Assembly (NCBI RefSeq): GCF_902472605.1
Contig: NZ_CABROP010000009.1
Span: forward strand, 4,434 to 68,433
Source of the DNA: an uncultured Bacteroides sp.
GTDB lineage: Bacteria > Bacteroidota > Bacteroidia > Bacteroidales > Bacteroidaceae
DNA: 64,000 nucleotides
Reading direction: 5' to 3'
A model generated the notes under the pieces. That model had not been told where the DNA came from. It did no database searches and was given only the letters and a program-made list of their open reading frames with translations. This document shows, piece after piece, positions 39,007 through 47,571 of the stretch. How positions within the stretch are numbered: the first letter of the stretch is position 1; each line of letters begins with the position of its first letter. The translations under genes were made by a program, and so were the position numbers.

Positions 39007-39471
39007 TTATTTGAGTTTCAGAATCCGTTGGTTGCTGCTTCCACAGAAATCTAAAAAAGGGGAATAGAGCGACTCGATGAAAGGGCCGTCCACCAGCACA
39101 TGGATGTAGGGAAGGAGTTCTTTTCGTTCCGGATCCTGAAGAAGCTGTTCATAAGTGTAGCCCGTGTAACACCAAATGTGCATACCCGTACGCTGACTGA
39201 TGGTTTTCAGTACCGGGAGAAACTCTTTCGGGTTGTAGAAGGGATCGCCTCCTGAGAAAGTCACCCCGTCGAGCAACGGATTGGCATTGATTTCCTGAAT
39301 CATCTGCTCCAGCACTTCCGGCGTGAGCGGTTTCCCAGCTTGGGGGTTCCAGGATTCCGGATTGTGGCAGCCCTTGCAACGGTGGCTGCATCCGGCCAGG
39401 TAGATGGAGTACCGGATGCCCTCCCCGTCGACAATGGTTTCTGGATATGTATATAAATAATGTAACATCAC
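39007..39471 (-). CDS. nrdG: Anaerobic RNR activating enzyme
   Basis: VDGEGIR, radical SAM CxxxCxxC (CSHRCKGC), TFSGGDP, GSSNQR. Confidence 0.96.
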   Translation of the reverse strand: MMLHYLYTYPETIVDGEGIRYSIYLAGCSHRCKGCHNPESWNPQAGKPLTPEVLEQMIQEINANPLLDGVTFSGGDPFYNPKEFLPVLKTISQRTGMHIWCYTGYTYEQLLQDPERKELLPYIHVLVDGPFIESLYSPFLDFCGSSNQRILKLK

Positions 39472-39483
39472 TCGTAAAAGGGG

Positions 39484-41868
39484 TTATGCATGCTTTACAC
39501 GGTCACGCTCTTCCGCCCGTTTGGCCGAGTTCCAGCTGTTGAGGTCGCCCGTCAGGTAACCCGTGATGCGGCGCATGCGCAGGATGTTTTCCCCGTTGCA
39601 TACCGGACAGCGGCTGTAGATAACCCCCTTGTAACCGCAGTCGTGGCAGGTGTCTACCGGATGATTGATGGAGCCGTAGCCAATCTGTTCATCGTGCATT
39701 ACCTTGACAATCTTGGCGATGGCCTTCACGTTCTTCTGCGCTTCTCCGTCCAGTTCCACATAGGTGATGTGTCCGCCTCTGGTCAAGGCATGGAAAGGAG
39801 CTTCCCGCTTGATTTTCTCCACAATCGTAATCGGCTCTTTCACGTCCACATGGAACGAATTGACGTAGTAGTCGCGGTCATTCACTCCTTCGATGATACC
39901 GTATTTCCGTTTGTCCATCCGGGTGAAACGGCCGGAAAGTCCTTCTGCCGGCGTAGCCAGTACGGAATAGTTCAAACCGTATTTCTGTTTATAAGACTCT
40001 GCCACCTTGTTCATTTCTTCTACGGCCGCATAGAGCGTTTCCCAGGCTTTCGGATTATGTCCGTGCCCTTGTCCGTAGAGTGCCACCATGGCGTTGTGCC
40101 CTCCGATGAAGCCGATGCCCAAGGTACCCTGGTTCAGCACGTCGCCCACCTCCTCATTCGGATGACGCTGTGCGCCGCCTTTCCATACGTTGTTGCCCAT
40201 CATGAACGGGAACTGCCGGGCGAGGGCCGTACGCTGGTATTGGTAGCGGGTGTATAATTGTTCGGCAATGAATTCCGCCATGGAGTGAACCGATTGGAGG
40301 AAGAACTCCTTTGCTTTTTCCAGGCGGTTTTCCGGAGTCTCGTCCACAAAAGCTTCCGCTTTGCGATGTGCTTCGATGGCCAGTCGCGGCAGATTCATGG
40401 TCGTAAAGGAGAGGTTTCCTCGTCCCAGTGAGGTTTTTTCTCCGTGCAGGTTCTCGAACACACGGGTACGGCATCCCATGGTCGCCAGCTCGTAGCGGTA
40501 GCGTTTTGGGTCGTCGGCCCGCCATTTCTCGTGCGTGTTGAACGGGGTGTCCAGAAACATGAAGTTCGGGAACAACGCCTTGGCCGTGGTACGGCAAGCT
40601 TGCAGGAAGAGGTCGAAGTTCGGACATTCGAAAGTCACCTTCCCTTCCAGGGCCGCTTCAAAGTCCTGCATGGCCAACTGGTAGTCGGCATCCGAGTAAG
40701 TCACCCCGTTTTTGACCTTGAAAATCTGGATGGGGAACACCGGTACTTCTCCGTGATTGCCCAAGCCTTCGATGGTAGCTTTCAGCAATTCCTGGATGAC
40801 CATTCTTCCCTCGGCCGAGGTGTCGGTACCGTAATTGATGGAACTGAAAACCACCTGGTTCCCTCCGCGGGAATGCATGGTGTTCAGGTTATGGATGAAG
40901 CCTTCCATGGCCTGGTGCGTGTCTTTGCGGGTCTGGACCAGCGTCTTGCGCAGCACGTAAGCCAGTTCCTCCTGTGTCAGCATAAGTCCTTGGTTTGCTA
41001 AAAAGTGGAGATAAGTAGCACGCGTTTCTTCTCCGGCTTCGATGCTCTGGAAATGCGTGCGTATCCCCTGAAGAATTTCCTTTTCGTCGGTTTCTATTCC
41101 TTTGAGGTCGAACAACAGGCTGAGGTGTGTAGCCAGGATTTTCTGGAAACTCTTCAGTACCCCTTTGGCCATGAAAAAGTCGAAGGCCGGAATAGCCTGT
41201 CCCCCATGCTGTTCGTTCTGGTTGGTCTGGAAGATGATGGTGGCCAAGGTAGCATAGCTTTGGATGGACTGCGGCGTACGGATGCTGCCGTTTTTGGTAT
41301 GGAAACCCCGTTCAAACAAGTCGTCCAGGTCGTACTGGATACAAGTCGTCGTTTTAGTGGGATAATAATCCAAGTCGTGAATATGGATGTCGCCCAACTG
41401 ATGTGCCTCGGCATACTGCTTGGGCAGCAAATATTTGTAGGTATAATCCTTGGTGATTTCAGAAGCGAACGTCATCATCTGTCCGGCCGGTGTATGGCTC
41501 GACATGTTGGCGTTGCTCAGGTTCACATCGTTCTTGTCGATGGCCACGATGCCGTCCATGATGTGTTTGATGTGCGTCTTGCGTTCCCGTTCGGTGTTGC
41601 GCCACTGGCGGTAGATGATGTATTTCTTGGCCACTTCCGGCTGCACTTTCATCAGTTCGTTTTCCACGAGGTCCTGAATATCTTCCACCCCGATGGTCTG
41701 TTGGGTGAAATGCGACACCACCTGCCGGGTGATGGCTTCTATTTCCTCCTCCTGGAAGTCGATGCCGGTTGCCTTGAATGCTTTGCCGATGGCATTGGTG
41801 ATTTTTGCGGCCGAAAAGTTCTCCTGCTTTCCGTCGCGCTTGATGATACGGATTTCTGTCAGATTCAT
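39484..41868 (-). CDS. nrdD: Anaerobic (class III) ribonucleoside-triphosphate reductase
   Basis: ATP cone IIKRDG, IHIHDLD, MGCRT, GRGNLSF, ATPAEGLS, Zn finger CHDC/CPVC, glycyl radical loop RRITGYL. Confidence 0.97.
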   Translation of the reverse strand: MNLTEIRIIKRDGKQENFSAAKITNAIGKAFKATGIDFQEEEIEAITRQVVSHFTQQTIGVEDIQDLVENELMKVQPEVAKKYIIYRQWRNTERERKTHIKHIMDGIVAIDKNDVNLSNANMSSHTPAGQMMTFASEITKDYTYKYLLPKQYAEAHQLGDIHIHDLDYYPTKTTTCIQYDLDDLFERGFHTKNGSIRTPQSIQSYATLATIIFQTNQNEQHGGQAIPAFDFFMAKGVLKSFQKILATHLSLLFDLKGIETDEKEILQGIRTHFQSIEAGEETRATYLHFLANQGLMLTQEELAYVLRKTLVQTRKDTHQAMEGFIHNLNTMHSRGGNQVVFSSINYGTDTSAEGRMVIQELLKATIEGLGNHGEVPVFPIQIFKVKNGVTYSDADYQLAMQDFEAALEGKVTFECPNFDLFLQACRTTAKALFPNFMFLDTPFNTHEKWRADDPKRYRYELATMGCRTRVFENLHGEKTSLGRGNLSFTTMNLPRLAIEAHRKAEAFVDETPENRLEKAKEFFLQSVHSMAEFIAEQLYTRYQYQRTALARQFPFMMGNNVWKGGAQRHPNEEVGDVLNQGTLGIGFIGGHNAMVALYGQGHGHNPKAWETLYAAVEEMNKVAESYKQKYGLNYSVLATPAEGLSGRFTRMDKRKYGIIEGVNDRDYYVNSFHVDVKEPITIVEKIKREAPFHALTRGGHITYVELDGEAQKNVKAIAKIVKVMHDEQIGYGSINHPVDTCHDCGYKGVIYSRCPVCNGENILRMRRITGYLTGDLNSWNSAKRAEERDRVKHA

Positions 41869-41903
41869 TTTCTGTAAATTAAAGAGTGAGACATAAAATT
41901 AGA

Positions 41904-42074
41904 CTTTCCCGGGCAGGTCTTCTGACTGATCTCTCGCCGTAGACGCCTTCCCATGAGCGGGCTCACAGTGGCTTGCAGCGCATGTCACGGCTTTTACAAG
42001 AATCACAGCAGCAGGTACTGTCGCCGATTTGCACGGCATTCCCTTTTGAAACGGTTAAGTTACCTTCGGAAAAG
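41904..42074 (-). promoter_or_regulatory. Cobalamin (B12) riboswitch
   Basis: Minus strand: AAAAGGGAA-gccGUGCAAAUc, gCUGUGA, GCCACUG, GGGAAGGC, AGUCAGAAGACCUGCC; closing stem cuuuuccg/cgggaaag; -7 element TAtcTTTG at 42087-42080. Confidence 0.92.
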
Positions 42075-42165
42075 TGGAACAAAGATAGACGTTTGGGAGG
42101 AAAATAAAAAATGGAAATTTAGACAAGTTTCTAAATTTGGGAAACTTCTTCCTTTGAAATGCAGC

Positions 42166-42196
42166 TTACAATATATTGTAGCGCTATATTTTGGTA
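42166..42196. promoter_or_regulatory. NrdR-box-like sites upstream of nrdD
   Basis: Perfect palindrome tacaatatattgta (42167-42180) and adjacent gcgctatattttggta; both match the CwAtATaTwG core. Confidence 0.5.
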
Positions 42197-42278
42197 AACT
42201 GTAATTTATACTGCTATTTTAGTATTGGAAACTTACGGATTATTCCTTAGTTTAAGAAAGGGAGGAGGATAAAAGGAG

Positions 42279-42337
42279 AAAAAAGCCCCTCACGACCCCT
42301 GGCAGCAGCATGCATACAGGCATCGTGAGAGACGGCA
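42279..42337 (-). terminator. Terminator after the CCA enzyme gene
   Basis: Minus strand gccgtctctcacga...tcgtgaggggc followed by a U-run. Confidence 0.6.
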
Positions 42338-42339
42338 GA

Positions 42340-43770
42340 TTATTTCTTTTCGGGCAGGTTGACCGGTTTCAGGCCCATCTGTTCCGCTTTTTTCAGCATA
42401 AACTCGAAGGCCGCATCGTGTTCGTTCGGAATCACCCCGTCGAGGATGGCGTCCTTGATGGAGCTTTTCAGGCTGCCGATTTCACGGCAAGGCTGGAGGT
42501 TGAACACGTGCATGATTTCCGCTCCGTCCACCGGCGGCTGGAAGTTCCGGATACGGTCTTTCTCTTCCAAGTCCTTCAGTTTCTGGCGCACCAGCTTGAA
42601 ATTGTCCAGGAAGCGCTGCTTGCGGGCTTCGTTCTTCGAGGTGATGTCGGCCTCGCAGAGCATCATCAGGTCGTCGATGTCGTCGCCGGCCTCAAACAGC
42701 AGGCGGCGTACGGCCGAGTCGGTCACTTCCTCGTCGGCAATGACGATGGGACGCATATGCAGTCCCACGAGCTTCTGCACGTATTTCATCTTCTCGTTCA
42801 TCGGAAGTTTCATCTTGCGGAAAATTTCCGGAATCATCTTTTCCCCGATGAAGTTATGGTTGTGGAAAGTCCATCCTGCCTTGGGTTCCCAGCGTTTCGT
42901 TCTCGGTTTGCCGATGTCGTGGAGCAAGGTCGCCCAGCGCAGCCACAGGTCGTTGGTCACTTTGGAGATGTTGTCCACTACTTCCAAGGTATGGTAGAAA
43001 TTATCCTTGTGTCCGCGTCCGTTGCGTACTTCCACCCCTTGCAGGGCTACCAGCTCTGGGAAAATCAGTTCCAGCAGGCCGCAGCGGTCCAGGTCGATAA
43101 ACCCTTTCGACGGAACCGGCGACAAGAGAATCTTGTTCAGTTCGTCGGCGATGCGTTCGCGGGAGATAATCTTGATGCGGTCCTTGTTGCGTTCCAATGC
43201 CGCAAAAGTCTCGTCGTCGATGTAGAAATTCAGCTGCGTAGCAAAACGGATGCAGCGCATCATGCGCAGCGGGTCGTCGCTGAAAGTGATGTCCGGGTCG
43301 AGCGGCGTGCGGATGGTCCGTTCCTTCAGGTCATCCAGTCCCCCGAACGGGTCCACCAGTTCTCCATAGCGCGCCTTGTTCAGGCAGACCGCCATGGCAT
43401 TGATGGTAAAGTCCCTCCGATTCTGGTCGTCTTCCAGCGTACCGTCTTCCACCACGGGTTTGCGGCTGTCGTGGCTGTACGATTCTTTCCGTGCCCCCAC
43501 GAACTCCACTTCCGTGTCCTTGAATTTAACTTGTGCCGTACCAAAGTTCTTGAATACAGATATATGAGCACCTCGCCCCAGCTTCTTCCCGAAAGCCTGT
43601 GCGATTTCAATTCCGCTTCCCACTACCACTACGTCGATGTCCTTGGAAGACCGGTGCAGGAAGAGGTCTCTCACGTATCCTCCCACCACATAACATTCCA
43701 GTCCCAGCTCATCGGCTGTTTCCGAGATCAGTTTGAAAATTCGGTCGGTGAAGTGTTCTTTTAATTCCAT
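42340..43770 (-). CDS. cca: CCA tRNA nucleotidyltransferase with HD domain
   Basis: Start MELKEHF (43770); VGGYVRD, DIDVV, RRDFTINAM, DDPLRMMR, ERIADEL, LLHDIGK. Confidence 0.93.
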   Translation of the reverse strand: MELKEHFTDRIFKLISETADELGLECYVVGGYVRDLFLHRSSKDIDVVVVGSGIEIAQAFGKKLGRGAHISVFKNFGTAQVKFKDTEVEFVGARKESYSHDSRKPVVEDGTLEDDQNRRDFTINAMAVCLNKARYGELVDPFGGLDDLKERTIRTPLDPDITFSDDPLRMMRCIRFATQLNFYIDDETFAALERNKDRIKIISRERIADELNKILLSPVPSKGFIDLDRCGLLELIFPELVALQGVEVRNGRGHKDNFYHTLEVVDNISKVTNDLWLRWATLLHDIGKPRTKRWEPKAGWTFHNHNFIGEKMIPEIFRKMKLPMNEKMKYVQKLVGLHMRPIVIADEEVTDSAVRRLLFEAGDDIDDLMMLCEADITSKNEARKQRFLDNFKLVRQKLKDLEEKDRIRNFQPPVDGAEIMHVFNLQPCREIGSLKSSIKDAILDGVIPNEHDAAFEFMLKKAEQMGLKPVNLPEKK

Positions 43771-43978
43771 TCGTTGTTTCTTTTTCAATTTGCCTGCAAA
43801 GGTACAAAAAAATCCCTTTGTCCGTTTCTTGCCACTGATTTGAAATTCTGCGGTTGCCTTTCGGACAGGTGGTGGACTTTGTTTCAGTACGCTGAACAGA
43901 TAATAATCTGGTAGAAAGCGGATAGGAAGGAGGCATTTTTTCAAATGCCCTTATGTAAAAAGCAGATTCAAACGGCAA

Positions 43979-44072
43979 ATTCTCTGTTTCACACTGTGAA
44001 ATACAAAAACCACAGTGTGGGATATATATTTCACACTGTGGGATACAAATCCCATACTGTGGAACAGAGAAT
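43979..44072. repeat. Palindromic 21-bp-period repeat element, copy 2
   Basis: IR attctctgtt/aacagagaat; cores at 43990, 44011, 44032, 44053; 82/94 ungapped identity to copy 1 by manual count. Confidence 0.85.
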
Positions 44073-44227
44073 ATATTGAAGAGTTTGGAGGAATATGGCG
44101 GAGCGTATGGAGAAATGCATAAAGGAAAGCGAGAGAAGTGTGGAAAATGCACGGAAAAAAGAACGAATGTGCGGAGGAGTTCCGAAAATAGTTGTATTTT
44201 TGTCGCTATAGAATCATGTATAAACGT

Positions 44228-45052
44228 ATGAAAAAGATTGGATTATTGATTTTTCCAATGGCTTTGGCCCTGTGTGGATGCCAGAGTGACGAGAAACGTG
44301 CCGGAGAGTTGTTCCAGCGTGCGGAAACGGCATATGCTGCCGGTGAGTATAGTTTGGCCAAGTTGCAGATTGACAGTATCCGTACCTTGTATCCCAAGGC
44401 ATTTGAGGTGCGGAAAGCCGGCATCAAGCTGATGCAGCAGATTGATCTGGCCGAACAGACCAAGACGTTGACCTATCTGGACAGTATGATGACGGTCAAA
44501 CAGGCGGCCTTGGATTCCATTAAAGGGAAGTTTGTACTGGAGAAAGATACTGCTTATCAGGAAGTGGGCAATTATTTCTATCCTACCCAGGTGGTCGAGA
44601 AGAACATCGGGCGGTCGTTCCTGCGTGCACAGGTGAGCGAGCAAGGCGAGATGTCGCTGACCTCTATTTATTGTGCCGGGGGAAGCATCCATCACACGGC
44701 GGTAAAGGTGAGTGTGGACGATACGTTTGCGGAAACCCCGCAGTCGGTCGACAGCTATGAGACCACTGACCTCGGTCGTCCGGTGGAAAAGGCCGACTAC
44801 AAGTTAGGGCAGGACGGAGGCGTCATCGCATTCTTGGTGGCTAACCGCGACAAGAAGAACATCCGTCTGGAGTTTATCGGCGACCGTAACTACAAGACGG
44901 TGATGCGTCCGGACGATGTGAAGGCTGTGGCCGAGCTGAGCGAACTGGCCCGTGTGCTTTCTGCGATGGAAGAAATCAAGAAAGAACAGAAGGAAGCCAA
45001 TCTGAAAATCAAGTTTGTAAAGCGGAAGATGGAAGAGAATCCGGAAGAATAA
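44228..45052 (+). CDS. Hypothetical lipoprotein (TPR-like N-terminus)
   Basis: MKKIGLL...LCGC lipobox; helical N-terminus; -7 element TAttTTTG at 44195. Confidence 0.8.
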   Translation: MKKIGLLIFPMALALCGCQSDEKRAGELFQRAETAYAAGEYSLAKLQIDSIRTLYPKAFEVRKAGIKLMQQIDLAEQTKTLTYLDSMMTVKQAALDSIKGKFVLEKDTAYQEVGNYFYPTQVVEKNIGRSFLRAQVSEQGEMSLTSIYCAGGSIHHTAVKVSVDDTFAETPQSVDSYETTDLGRPVEKADYKLGQDGGVIAFLVANRDKKNIRLEFIGDRNYKTVMRPDDVKAVAELSELARVLSAMEEIKKEQKEANLKIKFVKRKMEENPEE

Positions 45053-45087
45053 AATTCTCGGGAATTCTTTTTTACGTATAGATTTTG

Positions 45088-45127
45088 TGTGCAACAGGAA
45101 GCAATGCCTGTTGCACATTTACTTTTG
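45088..45127 (+). promoter_or_regulatory. 11-bp inverted repeat abutting the -7 element of the GH3 gene
   Basis: tgtgcaacagg-N8-cctgttgcaca, then TActTTTG at 45120-45127. Confidence 0.5.
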
Positions 45128-45143
45128 TGGAAAATTTAGTATT

Positions 45144-47489
45144 ATGAAACTCAAAAATGTATTTGCATGTGCGGCATTTGCCACCCTGATGGTGGCCAAT
45201 GTCGGGGCGCAAGAAGCTCCCCAATTGGGGAAAGCCTCCTTGGACGAGGTCATTCAGGCAATGACCCTGGAAGAGAAAGTAAGTTTGTTGGTCGGCAGTG
45301 CCGGAAAGTTTAACAGTGACCAGACTGCTACCATTGGGAGTCAAGGTGAGTTGGTACCGGGTGCTGCGGGTGAGACCAATGCGATTCCTCGCTTGGGTAT
45401 TCCGGCGACGGTGTTAGCAGACGGGCCTGCGGGGGTACGTATCTCGCCGACGCGTGACAATACGAGCCAGACTTTTTATTGTACCCATTTCCCGGTGGAA
45501 ACCTTGCTGGCTTCTACGTGGAACACCGAACTGGTACAGCAGGTAGGAGAGGCCATGGGAGAAGAAGCGAAACGGTATGGCGTGGATGTCTTGCTGGGAC
45601 CGGCTACTAATATCCACCGGAATCCGCTGAACGGACGAAACTTTGAGTATTATTCGGAAGACCCTTTGCTGGCGGGAGAGATGGCGGCGGCCATGATTGA
45701 AGGCGTCCAGTCGAACGGAGTCGGCACTTCGTTGAAGCATTTTGCCCTGAACAACCAGGAAACAAACCGTACCAGCAACGATGTGGTGGTGTCTCCACGT
45801 ACCTTCCGGGAAATCTATCTCAAGCCGTTCGAAATCGCGGTGAAGAAGGCGAAACCGTGGACCATCATGAGTTCTTATAATAAAATCAACGGTACGTATG
45901 CTTCGGAGCGTGCCGACTTGCTGACTGATATTTTGCGGCACGAATGGGGCTTCGACGGGATGGTGATGACCGACTGGTTTGGCGGACAGCACACCACCTG
46001 GCAGATGGAAGCCGGCAATGACTTGCTGATGCCGGGAAAGAAAAGCCAGTGTGAAGACCTCATCAAGGCCGTAAGAAGCGGGGTGTTGTCGCAGGACATC
46101 ATCAATCGGAACGTCCGTCATATTTTGGAATACATTCTCCGTACGCCGCGCTTTCAGGGATACCAGGCTACGAACGACCCTGATTTGCCACATCATGCCC
46201 AGATTACACGGGCTTCGGCTTCCGAAGGTATGATTCTGTTGGAGAACAAAGGTATGACGCTTCCGTTGGACAAGAAGGCGGCCAAACGCATTGCTCTTTT
46301 CGGTTGCACGTCGTACGACTTCATTGCAGGAGGTACCGGTAGTGGAGATGTGAACAGTCGGTACACCGTGTCTTTGTCCGAAGGGTTGAAGGCAGGCGGC
46401 TTTAAACTGGATAAGACCTTGACCGGTTTGTATGAAACCTATCTGGCCGAACAGAAAAAGCTGCTGGATAAGTCGAAGGGATTCTGGGGACACCGTCCGC
46501 GCCCCACAGAAATGCAGATGGACAAGAAACAGTTAGAGCAGGCCGCTTCACAAAATCAGGTGGCCATTGTGACCATCGGCAAGACTTCAGGTGAATTTTT
46601 GGACCGCAGCATTCGCTCCAATTTTAACCTGGTGGCAGAAGAGAAGGAACTGATTCAGCAGGTGTGCGAAGCATTCCATGCCCAGCACAAGAAAGTGATT
46701 GTGATTTTGAATGTCTGTGGCGTGATTGAGACCGCCAGCTGGCGCGAAATTCCTGATGCCATCCTGTTGGCTTGGATGGGCGGACAGGAAGGCGGGAATA
46801 CCGTAGCCGATATTCTTTCAGGCAAGGTCAATCCGTCGGGCCGTCTGCCGATGACCTTCCCGATGCAGTATGCCGATGTGCCTTCCAAAGACAATTTCCC
46901 GGACCTTGATGCCATTTCGGAAGAAGATATGAACAAGGCGCTTCAAAACTTTGTGGATGTCCGTACTTCCGGTGATAGAAAGAATTTCGATGTGACCACG
47001 TACGAGGAAGGTATCTTTGTGGGATACCGTTATTATGATACGAAAAATGTACCGGTGGCTTATCCGTTTGGATTTGGTTTGTCTTACACCACCTTCGATT
47101 ATGCGGATGCATCGGCACAGGTCGAAGGTAATCAGGTAAAGGTTTCGCTGAAGGTCAAGAACACGGGTAAGGTGGCCGGAAAAGAAGTCGTGCAGATTTA
47201 TGTGTCGGCTCCCGGAAAGGATATGGCCAAACCGAAGAAAGAACTGAAAGCCTTCCAGAAGACTCCGTTGCTCCAGCCGGGTGAAGCCCAGGAACTTCAG
47301 TTCCAGATTCCGGTGGATGCGCTGGCTTCTTTCAATGAAAAAGACAGCCGTTGGCAAGTAGAAGGAGGACAATACCAAGTACATGTGGCTCAGAACAGTC
47401 GGGATGTAAAAGTGAGTCTGCCGATTCAGCTTTCCGAAAAAGTCACGGAAACCGTACAGCCGCTGATGTTGCCGGTGGCAGAGTGGTAA
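45144..47489 (+). CDS. GH3 beta-glucosidase (orphan)
   Basis: Signal peptide [50 protein letters not shown]. Confidence 0.95.
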   Translation: MKLKNVFACAAFATLMVANVGAQEAPQLGKASLDEVIQAMTLEEKVSLLVGSAGKFNSDQTATIGSQGELVPGAAGETNAIPRLGIPATVLADGPAGVRISPTRDNTSQTFYCTHFPVETLLASTWNTELVQQVGEAMGEEAKRYGVDVLLGPATNIHRNPLNGRNFEYYSEDPLLAGEMAAAMIEGVQSNGVGTSLKHFALNNQETNRTSNDVVVSPRTFREIYLKPFEIAVKKAKPWTIMSSYNKINGTYASERADLLTDILRHEWGFDGMVMTDWFGGQHTTWQMEAGNDLLMPGKKSQCEDLIKAVRSGVLSQDIINRNVRHILEYILRTPRFQGYQATNDPDLPHHAQITRASASEGMILLENKGMTLPLDKKAAKRIALFGCTSYDFIAGGTGSGDVNSRYTVSLSEGLKAGGFKLDKTLTGLYETYLAEQKKLLDKSKGFWGHRPRPTEMQMDKKQLEQAASQNQVAIVTIGKTSGEFLDRSIRSNFNLVAEEKELIQQVCEAFHAQHKKVIVILNVCGVIETASWREIPDAILLAWMGGQEGGNTVADILSGKVNPSGRLPMTFPMQYADVPSKDNFPDLDAISEEDMNKALQNFVDVRTSGDRKNFDVTTYEEGIFVGYRYYDTKNVPVAYPFGFGLSYTTFDYADASAQVEGNQVKVSLKVKNTGKVAGKEVVQIYVSAPGKDMAKPKKELKAFQKTPLLQPGEAQELQFQIPVDALASFNEKDSRWQVEGGQYQVHVAQNSRDVKVSLPIQLSEKVTETVQPLMLPVAEW

Positions 47490-47571
47490 ACTTTTAGGTT
47501 TCCAAAACATTTTAGCCGTATAGATTGTTATCGAAGGTGAAAAAAATCACACAATCTATACGGCTATTTTT

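Noticed and set aside
42310..43764. 484-aa ORF opposite cca
   Set aside because: In-register antisense shadow of a GC3-rich gene; no motifs.
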